Shown here in pieces: positions 12,001-22,650 of a stretch of 36,027 nucleotides of DNA. This DNA is from Saprolegnia diclina VS20 (taxonomy: Eukaryota). Every line of letters starts with the position of its first letter. Positions within the stretch are counted from its first letter, which is position 1. Both the position numbers and the translations under genes were made by a program. The notes beneath the pieces are model-generated. The model was given only the letters and a program-made list of their open reading frames with translations. It searched no databases and was not told the DNA's origin. Location: NCBI RefSeq assembly GCF_000281045.1, contig NW_008246108.1:310197-346223 (forward strand), written 5' to 3'.

Positions 12001-15000
12001 GCCTCGGTCGCCGCCATCGGGTAGAAACTCCGTTGAAACTCGAATGGTCCGTTGGGGTACGCAGCAACCGCGACGCCACTCAGGCCCATCTGCATATTTC
12101 GTAAATGGTATCGTGAACAGCAAGAAAGACCTGATTCGCAGCGTTGTCGACGTGCATCCACAAGACAAATTGGCCATTCGGGTTGAGAACCACCTGGCAC
12201 GAGTAAGTTCGCAAATCAAAGTTTGTGAATTCTATGTACCTTGGGCCGCGACGCGCGCAGCGACTGTTGCAGCGTATTGCCAAACGGGTCGGTCAAGTTG
12301 GCGAAATGCAGCATCACGCCTTCGTTGCGCCACGTGCGGCCGCCGTCATTGGTCGAGCAGGCGCCGATACCGCCGCTACTGCCATACACTTCACTGTACC
12401 AGTAGTCAGTCTCTACGAAAGCGCCATCGTGCGCAGTTGGAGAGGCTTGTCGTCGCACCGTTGGGGGTGCGCAAGGAGGCCTGTGGCGACGCGTCCGGAC
12501 TCGGCGTCAACGGCAGCACGATCGAAGGGTCCAGTGGAAGAGGAACATTGAGCAGCTCGCCGAGACTGATCAGCGCATCGTCCGACCCGTCGTAGGTTCG
12601 CGCATCCCTAGTTGACGAGGTGGAATCCGTCACATAGGAGCATCGGTCGCTACCGAATATCGTTCAAGTACGACCGGTGCGCCGGTCCGTCGTTTGGGAC
12701 CAAGCCGCCGTCGTTATAGGCGTAGATAGGACGGGCAGAGACGTGGCTAGCGTGTCGGACCTAGCCACGCAGTCACCTACAACGAATGTGCATCCATCAC
12801 AGTCTACTTTGCCACTGAACGTGGTGGCCGGGCCCAGAACGGCGGTGTTCCAAAGCGGGCGCGGTCGCGGAGCCACCGAGAGCTGACCCGTGACGGGGTT
12901 CATGCGGGGGCATGCAAACTGCAGCGTCTCGTCGGTGCCGACGTAGATCTCATCCCACCACGTCTGCATCGCATCAGCGAGGTAGATGCCAACAGAAGAC
13001 AACTTGTCTACGTCCGCGTCTCAACTCCCATACAAGTCATAGATGCAATACATACCTGTCGCAAAGGCTACGTCGGCGGCGACCGTGACGCCATCGAGTC
13101 GGATCGAGAGCGTGGAGCGGGTCCAGTCCATGAAAACATCAACTTGATACCATCGGAAGGGCACGACGGGCTCGGCGTAGAGCTCGCGGAGCGGCTGTGC
13201 ATGCGTCGGAAGCCCAGCGCCGAATGTGAAGCGGCCGTTGACGAGCCCAATGGCCCAGACAAAGGTGGTGGCGTCGGCGACACCGACAACCCCAAACACC
13301 GCACCTCGTTGGCTCTTAGCAAACGCAATCGAGACAGTTGAATACCGCACCTCGGTTCGTGGCGAGTGTCCCTTCTTGCGTCGCGCCGACCATGGTGAAG
13401 TACGAGATGCGTGCCGGCTGCGACGGCGGGAACGAGTACGCAGGACCTTCCATGCGCGGGTTCGGGTCCAGCGTGTACTTGGCCAAGTAGAGCGATTTGG
13501 TGGTTTGGGCCGCGCCTCGAAACGGGTCGTGGGACACTGGAATCAAACTCAAAACTCAACAGAAAGAATATCCAAATGCAAAAATCGTACACTGGAGTTG
13601 AGTTTGGAGGTCCAAGTGCAAAGTGCCTTGCGAGAGCATCGCACCGGTCGGTGCAACGGCGTACGCGTGGGCTTGGACGCTAATGCGCCCGCCGCCGCCT
13701 GCACCGCCGCCGAGCGGGTACTGGCTGCTGCTGCCGCCAGCGCCGCCCACTGCTTGGAGTACGCCGAGGACGTGCACGTTCGTGCCACTGGTCAATACGA
13801 GAGATCCGCCACTAGATCCACAATTGCATAACAGTATCAAGGTTTCAAGTACCTGCCACCGCCGCCCGGAAAGAAACCCGCTTCACCGGGGGCGCCGTTC
13901 ACAGAGAGCAATCCCGACGGTCCGATCGTCACGTCGTTGATGGCGCCAATGTACATGGCACCTAGTGGTATAGTTACACACGAAAAATGAAGGTATTGGT
14001 GGACGCACCGCCGCCAGCGCCGCCAAGGATTGGTCGCGGATGCGGCAATATGTCGACGGCGACTTGGCCGCCACCGGCGCCGCCACTGCCGCCAAGAAGG
14101 TCCGATATCGCCTGGCAGCTCAATGAGCAGTTGATCAAAGTCTGCGGCAAAGTACCACATCTCCGTAGGTCGACAGCGGCAGTGGACTGCTATACCCCGG
14201 GCCACCGACGCCCCCGTAGGCCCCACCGGCCCCACCTAGCGGGACGTGAGGTCGTCTTTCCAGGAGAGGAGTTACCATAAGCCATCGAAAACCCAAGAGC
14301 ACTCGAGATGATGATCGAGGCGCCTGCACCCAGCAGCGTTGGTCCTTCCGAGTTGGCGGTGACTGCCACGAACGCGTCGAGCGGCGCGGGCGTCACAAAG
14401 GATGTCGGACTCGTCGGGCTGACGTTGCCACTAGCCCACGGGATGTAGAAAAGTCTCTCCATCCTCCGCACCGAGTCGTGGTGACTTGAACGTTCCAGAC
14501 GTAGCCTCGTACGCTGGTCGGTGCCGAGCCGCAGAGCGGCGGTTGTGGGTTGGCCGAGTCGGGCAAAAGCCACGCAGGTTCACTCGAACTGGGCTGGCCA
14601 GCGTAGCCTGGTTCAAGCTCGATCGCAGTCCTTGCGATGACGATGGTACCTCCTTGGGCGCACTGGTCGAGGGGGTCCGAGCGCTGCACGTACGCCGAAG
14701 TGAGATTGAAAGCCTGCAGTAAGAGCGTCTAGACGTGTCAAACGAGTCGAGCGACCAAGAGACAGAGCTATTGCTCACCTCAAACTCGCGAGGCTTGATG
14801 TTGTATGCAATCGGCGGCGACAGCTGTCCGAGGAATCGCAGCCGAAAGTACCCGTCGAGTTGGTTGCCTGGGGCTAGGTTAGTGAAAGTAGGTACTACGG
14901 GATCGACCAGGCGCCAGGAGGCTAGTTTGCACGCTCGAGTCGAGCCCCGTGAGCCGAGAGAAGCTCGTGAGCAGCGGCACTTGACCAACGGCGGTCATGA

Positions 15001-16235
15001 ACGTGATGCGCCACGCGCGGCCAACACTGGCGATGTCTTGGCCGACCTTTTGGACCTATTTGGTCCACTTTAGTAGAAAACACGAGTCAACTAGAACGTA
15101 CGTCGACGATGCCTACGTGGACGGACGCAAAGCTGTCTTCAATGATACGCTTGACGGCTTGCGCCGACGCGTCATAGGGAATTTCAGACGAGTTAACCTG
15201 GCGCAGCTGCAGCACAAACGTTCCTAGTCTCAGGGATCATTCAATCGAGCAAAAGCGAGCAAAAAGCGAGCAAAAAGCAAGCACCTCGAATGGTCTGACC
15301 CGGGGCCGCGCGCGTACTCACTTGCTGGATCGTTGGCGACACCGTCGCGGTCGTCGAGATCGTGTGCACGTACACGCGCACATTGCTGCTGCCCGGGCCG
15401 TTGACGTTGTACGCTGCAGAGTACTCGCCTCCGGGAAACCCTCCGAGCAGGCCCGGCGGGGCCACGAGCGGCGTGTCGATGACTGCGCTGCTGCGACTGA
15501 GGAGCACGAGTGCGTTTACGCCCTTGAGCTGCACCCGGACTTGGTCGCCCTAGACAAGAGACCATGGCATTCATCGTAATCTTGGACCATGTACGAGGTA
15601 GAGCGTGAGAAAGTTGAAGACGGCGACCGTCGTGTTGGCCGCCGTGCGCGTCACGACGCCCTGCAGCGTGACGTCGCCGTAGATGCGAGCGGTCGTCGTA
15701 TCGATGAGGATGTTGCCTTGCGCGAGCTCGAGCGACCCGAGGACTGGCCACGCGTACGTCGAGAGGCCAAACGGCGTGGGCGGCGCAAAGTCTACGCTTT
15801 GCGTTTCGCTGCCTCTTCCTGCAAGACGAGGACGTACGGGGCGTGATGCGCCACCCGAGCATGCCTGTCTTCCAGTCTTCAAAGTCGTTCATGAGCGGAA
15901 TCGCCGTGCGGTTGCCTTGGGGAAACTGCTGCCCAAAGCTCTGCAGCGTTGCCGTCGCAATCGTGTACTCTAGAGACGCTCGAGCGTTGGCAGCAAGCGA
16001 GCGTTCAGTACCTTCGACCGCGCGGCCGCAGCGATGGGTCGCCTTGCAGCGCTCGTACGCGAGGCAAGCCGCGGTCGTCGACGACGGCGTGCAACGGTTG
16101 AGCTGCACGAGCGTCGACGTAAAGGCAGGGCCTACCATGGTTGCTACATGAGCTCGAGGAAGCAACCTTGCGCAGTGTACCGGCGGCCATGGCCATGGCT
16201 AAAGCGCTGCTGATCGCGGCCCAGCGCCAGGCCAT
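9082..16235 (-). CDS. Very large multi-exon secreted protein: signal peptide, Gly-rich GG repeats, beta-rich (ConA/lectin-like) region, GH43-like beta-propeller segments, EF-hand cluster (may be two genes)
   Basis: Signal peptide MAWRWAAISSALAMAMAAG at 16235; GGAGG/GSSGG repeats at 13630-14350; GH43-like CSTND..TWRNEG...RPKV, FVLWMHVD, GVAVA..PNGPF.F..SF, HDQTVF at 11950-12450; EF-hand loops DGNGDNKITLDE, NPNGDDKVTYAE, DLDKSG|YLDENE, DPDFDGRVYYD, DFDRSNSLDSSE at 10370-10990; stop at 9082. Exons are separated only by intron-sized gaps, but not every junction was traced. Confidence 0.65.
15246..15283. repeat. Short tandem repeat CGAGCAAAA(A)G x3, probably intronic
   Basis: cgagcaaaag cgagcaaaaag cgagcaaaaag caagca, read directly from the sequence. 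Confidence 0.8.
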
Positions 16236-16493
16236 CGACGAATGAAACTGGCGTCGCGAGGTAGGTTTTAGCGTAATTCGTGCTCACCTTTTCTAATTCG
16301 CTCAGTGGCGTCGCTCCACTGCTGCGCTCGGAGCGATGCCAAAGAGTAGGTCCAAGGGCACATAAAAGTTACCCCTGGGTAGGCCTTCCAGCATACATAC
16401 GAACGCTGCACAATGCCCTCGAGAGCCAACGCCATCGAAAGCAAGCTACAACGCCTGTATTTTCCAGAAAGTATCAATGTATCAAGTGTGCAA

Positions 16494-17618
16494 TCAGCCA
16501 AAGAAGGTATCGAGGGACCACTGCTGGTTGATGTTGTTGGGCGTGCACGCCCACATTTGCGCGTGGTGGTCGGCGTACGTCGGGTCGGCGTCCAAGCACT
16601 GGCCAGCGTGGGTCGCGTGCTCGAGCGTCTTGGTGTTGGTGTTGTAGTTCCACTTCTGGTTGCCGTTGTTGACGTCACACGGGTACGTGTGCACTTGGAC
16701 CTTGCCGTCGGCGTTGTCCTTGTACGCGTCCAAGCACTGGTTGTTGCTGGCGACCTTGAGCATCTTGTTGGCTTGGTCCCAAACGAAGAGCTCGTTGTAG
16801 TTGTTGGCCGGCGCGTTGGCGTACAGGCTGGTGTAGTACTCGCTGAGGCGGTTGCCACTCTTGAGCGTCTTGATGGTGATGTACGACGTCGTGAGGCTCG
16901 CGCAATCGACAAACGTAGTCGTCGAGAGCTGCCCCACGTTGCATGGGGCGACGTTGGCGCCCGACCCGCGTAGGAACGGGTTGGTGTTGAGACAGAAGGA
17001 GGCCATCCCGGCGGTCGTTGCCGCGACGCGCTGGTCCTGGAAGGTCCACTGCTGCAGCGGCTCCGACGGCCGGCACGGGACCGTCATGACGCCGCCGTCG
17101 CCCAAGTACGGGTGCGGCGGGCCGGGCACGGCTTCCAAGCACTGGCCGTTGCTCTTGGCGACGAGCGTCTTGATGATGACGTTGTAGAGGAAGATCTCGT
17201 TGTCGTTGTGGCGGACAATGTCCGTGTAAATGCGGCCGTAGAACTCGGAGACGATCAGCCCCGTCGCCGTGCACAGCCGCTTCTCCTGGACGCGCGGCGG
17301 AAGCGGGCTCGGGCATGGCGAGATGATCGTCTTGAGGTTGACGTAGCCGCCCTTCCAGACCTGGACTGTGCAGTCGCCAGCCGGCGTGAGCGCAAGCCGC
17401 TGGAGGTCGTTGCACTCGGGCGCGTCGCCGTAGCAGATGCGCAAATGGCCGTCGGGTGACGCAATCTTGTTGAACGACTCGGCTGGCGAGCCCGACGCGC
17501 TAGGAAAGAGCTTGGCGCACGCGAATGCGGCGTCCGTGAGCTCCTTGTTGCACGTGCCAGGCGTGAACTGCGCAGCTGCCGACGCGACGAGCGCGGCCAC
17601 GATCAGTGAACGGTGCAT
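16494..17618 (-). CDS. Secreted protein with an N-terminal Cys-rich elicitin-like domain and two ricin-B (CBM13) lectin domains
   Basis: Intronless 374-aa ORF; signal peptide MHRSLIVAALVASAAAQ; ricin motifs NGQCLEA...QQW, NNQCLDAY...NQKW, GQCLDAD...NQQW; two similar halves (SEFYGRIY.D...NDNEIF vs SEYYTSLY.N...NYNELF). Confidence 0.9.
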   Translation of the reverse strand: MHRSLIVAALVASAAAQFTPGTCNKELTDAAFACAKLFPSASGSPAESFNKIASPDGHLRICYGDAPECNDLQRLALTPAGDCTVQVWKGGYVNLKTIISPCPSPLPPRVQEKRLCTATGLIVSEFYGRIYTDIVRHNDNEIFLYNVIIKTLVAKSNGQCLEAVPGPPHPYLGDGGVMTVPCRPSEPLQQWTFQDQRVAATTAGMASFCLNTNPFLRGSGANVAPCNVGQLSTTTFVDCASLTTSYITIKTLKSGNRLSEYYTSLYANAPANNYNELFVWDQANKMLKVASNNQCLDAYKDNADGKVQVHTYPCDVNNGNQKWNYNTNTKTLEHATHAGQCLDADPTYADHHAQMWACTPNNINQQWSLDTFFG

Positions 17619-18250
17619 GCTCTAGGTGGCGAGTTGCAAAGTGGTCAGCCACGGAGCCTCGAAAGCATGGAAGGAACCTTGCACTGTCCCATCCTCTTCA
17701 TTCCCCTGCCCACATTTTTCACGCCAGGCGAGAAGCCGTTATCGCAGCCGGTGCGATGGAGAAGCCACCGAAGAAGACGACCATGCTGCCGGGTTGTGGG
17801 CTCAAAGCGGCCTCCAGGTTGACACCAGCAACGTCAATACCCTTGCCCTCGGACAAACGCGTGGACTCAGTAGATTGTCCTCTCTCAGTGGCCGCGAGCG
17901 GTATGTGATTGGCCAAAATGCACGGCATACGCGCGCTCTCATTGGCCACCACCGAAAGATATTTGCTTTGGGTGAAGCTTCCCACCTCGTCGATGCTGCT
18001 GCGCTGATCAAGCACGGCGAAGAAGCCGGCGTTTGCTGGTGAGCTCCACGGTCAGCGACCGCTGGTCCTAGTTGAGAGATTTCACGTGCTCAGTCTTGAA
18101 CATCGTTGCGACCGGTTGAACAAGCAAAAGCAGTGCGCTCGCTCGCCTGTACTAGCGTCCTGGTTCCCCACCCTAACCGCTGTTGCAGCATTGCGCAAGC
18201 GGCGTGCCCCACTGCTATCCTCCAAGGCGACCGAAGGTGGAGAGCTGTAT

Positions 18251-20880
18251 TCATCGGTCGTATGACGCGTGGGTGTCGATACAGTGGGCGACTTGAATGG
18301 CACTCGGACGGTCCTCTGGAGCCATCGAAAGGCAAGCGAGCGCTAGCTCTCGCACCCAATGGGGGCACAGCTCGGGTGGGATCGTTGGCTGGAGCACGCC
18401 TTGTGCCACGCGGCTAATAATCGCCGTCTCGGCGAGTGGGTAGCCTACGTTCACTGTGAGAAGCGACTGCGATGGGAGCTAAATCGCCTGCCTTGGTCGT
18501 TGCACACGTCATAGTATGGCGTCCGGTGGGTCGCGAGCTCCGAGAGGACGACCCCGAACGAGTACACGTCGGCAGCGGACGTGTAGTGCGTGTCCCGCAG
18601 GATCTCGGGTGCCTGCCCCAATGTGTTAGCGCCTCCAAGTTGTCTGCATCGATCCTACCATCCAGCGGTACGTGCCGACGCCGTTTGTCATCGTTTCGGT
18701 CGTCATCTCGCGCGATGCACCAAAGTCGGCGAGCTTCGTGCCCTGCATTCGATCACATCTCTATCTCCAGCGTCTTCATCGTACCTTGACCGAGTCGAGG
18801 AGCACATTTCGCGACTTGAGGTCCCGGTGGATGACTTCCATTGAGTGCAAATAGACTAGCCCTTCAGCGATCGAGAGCATGCACGCCACTTTATCTTCCC
18901 ATGGCAAGAGCGACGTCTCGAGCACGACCTTGAGGTCGCCCCTGTCCATCCACTCGGAGACCATTTGCAGCTCGGAGGGGATGCGCCAGGCGGCACCCCG
19001 CAGGCGCACGATGAACGGACTGTCCATTCTAGTCGAAGAAACGAATTAAGCGATTATTGAGCAGCGCTGCCATACTTGGCGGCCAGTTGAATTTCGCTCA
19101 CGAGGCTGACGATGGCGTCGCGCGATGCCCGGCCGGGTAAGAGCGTCTTGATGGCCACGGGGTCGTCTACGCACCAAGTACTTATGGCGATGAACGTCGT
19201 ATTGAGGTTGGACGACCTCGGTACTGGCCGCGCCACACTTGGCCGAACGCGCCTTCTGCGACGAACGACGATTTGACCAAGACTTGGTCGTCGAGTCGCA
19301 GGAGCTCCAAGTCCTAGTGTGCAGAGGGTCCGTTATCGTGCACTCAATGTGGACGTTCTTACGTCAAAGTTCAGTTGAAGTGACGACACGGACCCTGACG
19401 TGGCCGTTGCTAGCTCGTCAAAGTTGCTTGCCTCTTTCCTAGTGGGACGCATCGAACATGTGCCACGACGACTAGGTGCTTACATAACTCGCGACCGTCG
19501 TTGTCGACGAACACACGTCACCACCAACACAAGCAAAAGTAGGACACCAACGACGGCGCCGACAAGAACTGGCGCTTCGCTACCACTCGAGGTGGCCACT
19601 GCGGCTGTCGAGGTCATCGGGGTCGTCGGCAGACTCTGAGGTCGACTTGACAGCATCGAATCTACCAAGTACACGTGGTCTAGTGCAGCCGTCTGACAAG
19701 TAGACGCTACCCGGGGTCACACACACGGACACGGAGCGCGTCTTGGTCTGCAGGATCCGCACAGCGTTTGGGAAGACGCAATTTGACACGTCGATGCTGC
19801 CAACGTCCGTGACGCGGTCCTGCAGCGCGTCGTACGATTCCGGGTCCACGAGAAACGTTGTGAGGTGCAACCCGCCAAGATTGCTAGCCCAAAGAAGTTG
19901 AGTGGGACACCAGACTACACTGGAACCCACAGTTTCTCGAGCTTGGAGCTGAACGACACGTTGGAGAGGACTGTGATCGGGTTGAGATCAAAGCGACTAT
20001 GACGTTTGTCAAGTGCACTCGCTGTCCGATACAAAGCGTACACTGTGCTGGCGCCGCGCAGGTCCAGGTCTGCCACTTGTGTGAGTCGGTTTGAGTCAGC
20101 ATTCCTGCGCATCGGGATGACGACCGCTCGGCACGAGGTACGTACGTACAGTGCTTGCAGTCGGCTGTACAAGAGTCCTTTTGGTAGCTTCTCTTGACGT
20201 GAACCAGAGATGGAGCTAGGACCAGATATGAGGTCTTGCAGCACGAAGAACTATACCTACAACTCGAGTAGCGACGACGGAAAGACTGCATTCGCCAGGT
20301 CCAGGCCCACGACGTTGACCAAGTGACTAGATGGAGTGCACCTGCTACATCACTCATTGGGAGCATAAACCTACATGGCGCGGGTGTTCGTGGCCGACGA
20401 GAGGTCGCCAACGCTGCGGATCGTGGTGGCGTGGAACGTGCTACGAACCCTGCAGCGTGGGCGGATCGATCAAACACATACATGTCGAGGGCCGCTGTTC
20501 GTGGCAGCTGTGCCATGTGCTCCGCCGAGTCTACGAGGTGTTGCATGACCCTGTAGTCCACGAAAGGTCGCACCTAGGACGGTGATCGAGCTCTGGCTCA
20601 TGTCGCTGTCGGAGAGGATGTCGCCCTTGTTGTAGCCTCGCGTGTCCTACGCCCAGCTGTGCTGCAGGTAGCTCAGTGATACACGGTCGCTCGTACCAAG
20701 CAGGCGCGGTCGACAATGCAGAAGACCTCGTCGCCGATGCAGCCGTCCCTTGAATACGTTGAGCTGTAGTTGCCATAGGGACATGGGCGCAAGAGGCCAG
20801 CCGCCGTGAGCTACGCAGGAGCGGCCATGAGGAGGCTCCACCGACGTCGGCCGTACCGCGCCGATGGCCAAGCGACGCAT
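18251..20880 (-). CDS. LRR receptor-like TKL protein kinase (many short exons)
   Basis: Spliced N-terminus MRRLAIGA|LTAAGLLRPCPYG...CIVDRAC; LRR-like exons; Ser/Thr stalk; TM VLVGAVVGVLLLLVLVVTCV followed by RRQRR; kinase motifs AEGAFGQVW, VAIK, HRDLKSRNVLL, DFG, GVGTYRW|APE, ADVYSFGVV, DRPSA; TGA at 18251-18253. Confidence 0.9.
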
Positions 20881-21038
20881 GCCAAACTCGCAAACCGATG
20901 CAGAACCGAATATTAGTAATCCCACGTCTACCGCACTTCATTGCACCTGCGAAAATACATATCTACGGAAATTATACCGTAAATATCCGTTCTACAACGC
21001 GTTGTATCCATGCTGATTTACGGTCAATATACCGTAAA

Positions 21039-21138
21039 NNNNNNNNNNNNNNNNNNNNNNNNNNNNNNNNNNNNNNNNNNNNNNNNNNNNNNNNNNNNNN
21101 NNNNNNNNNNNNNNNNNNNNNNNNNNNNNNNNNNNNNN
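21039..21138. other. Assembly gap (100 N)
   Basis: Exactly 100 N, which usually marks a gap of unknown size. Confidence 0.99.
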
Positions 21139-21219
21139 GCTGTAATGGTCTAGGAGTGCCTTCGGGTTCCTCCACAGCGCAATTTTTGCCAGCGGGGGTG
21201 TGCGCGTGCGCCACCCCCA
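21139..21219 (+). ncRNA. U1: U1 snRNA-like gene, copy 2 (5' part lost in the gap)
   Basis: 21139-21248 matches 52-161 with one mismatch (T149 vs G21236). It includes the UUCG hairpin, the Sm site AATTTTTG (21181-21188) and the SL4-like hairpin. Confidence 0.78.
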
Positions 21220-21363
21220 CCCCAACACTCGCAACGACACATTTCTTCGCCACAATTACTACCTAAAAGGCACTAGTAGTACCAGTAGTACGAGGCGAGG
21301 CGTGTGATCAAGAGATGAAATAGAATATCGCTGAATTGATAGACTGAAAGAAAGCGACGCTTT

Positions 21364-22650
21364 TTACTTCTTCTTGTTTGTGACGTTGAACTGGAAGTGG
21401 ATAATGTCACCGTCCTGGACCACGTACGTCTTGCCTTCCTGGCGGTACTTGCCGGCGGCCTTGACCTTGGTCATGCCACGCTTGTCGCCTTCCGAGAGCT
21501 CCTTGAAATCGTTGAACGCAACGACCTCGGCCTTGATGAAGCCGCGCTCAAAGTCCGAGTGGATCACACCGGCGGCCTGGGGCGCGAGGGCACCCTTGCG
21601 CACGGTCCAGCACCGCACCTCCTTTTCGCCGGCCGTGAAGTAGTACATGAGGTTGAGCTGCTTGTAGCCGACCTTGATGATGCGCGGCAGCACGGACGGG
21701 GCGGCGTCCGCGATCGGGTTGGCGCGGTTGGCCCAGAGCTCCTGCTCGTGCTCGATCGAGAACGGGATCATGACGCCGCCGCCATGCGTGTCGATCCACT
21801 GCTTGATGGGCACGAGCCACTTGTTCTGCTTGCGGAGGAAGTCGCGCTTGCTCAAGTTGACGCAGTAAATGATGGGCTTGGTCGTGATGCAGGCTAATAT
21901 CGACCGCTAAGATCTCATAGCACACTTCAAGAAGTGACGTACCCGGGATGAGTTCGTTGATCTTCTCGACTTCCGGCGCCGTCCAGCCCTCCTTGGAGGC
22001 GATGCCAACGTTGTTCTCGAGCATCTCTTGGACCTCGTCCATGACCGAGAAGAAGAGCGGCGGCAGCTTCATGGTCGGGTTCTTGCGCACGTCGGCCTCG
22101 CGCGCCTTGCGCTGGCCGAGCACGTACGCCAAGTCCTTCTTGCAGAGCTCGCCTTGGATCGTCTCGAGATCGCGGATCGGGTCGACCTATAGCCACAAGG
22201 ATGAGACATCGTTGCACAAGCGTATTTGCAGCGTACCGAGTCGTCGACGTGGACGACTTCGTCGCTCTCAAAGGCGCGGACGATGTGGAAGATGCCATCG
22301 ACGGCCTGGATGTGCGAGAGGAAGGCGTTGCCGAGGCCGGCGCCTTCGCTGGCGCCGCGGATGAGGCCGGCAATGTCCGTGCACTGGAGGTACGCGGGAT
22401 ACTCGCTCGGCGGCTGCCACACCTTGCAGAGCCACTCGTAGCGCTCGTCGGGCACGGCGCAGCGCGCCTCGTTCGGGTCGATGGTGCAGAAGGGAAAGTT
22501 CTCAGCGGCCACCGCCTGCGCCGTGAGGAGGTTGAAGAGCGACGACTTGCCCACGTTGGGGAGGCCGACGAGGCCCATCTTGAGCGAGTTGCCGGCGCGG
22601 CCGAAGCGGGCGGCGGACGGTTCAGCTTCAACGGCCTTCTTCGGGGGCAT
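21364..22650 (-). CDS. OLA1: Obg-like ATPase 1 (YchF family), 3 exons; introns 22187-22236 and 21894-21942
   Basis: [11 protein letters not shown] (G1), [11 protein letters not shown] (G2), [17 protein letters not shown] (G3), and TGS domain [13 protein letters not shown]...[20 protein letters not shown]...GK.Y.VQDGDII.F.FN. Confidence 0.97.

Noticed and set aside
17719..18015. 98-aa minus-strand ORF between the lectin and kinase genes
   Set aside because: Non-ATG start and no motifs; the region contains ATTGG/CCAAT-type boxes and looks intergenic.
20808..20830. Apparent in-frame TAG in the kinase N-terminus
   Set aside because: It is the acceptor of a GTACGG...GCGTAG intron; splicing restores the signal peptide.
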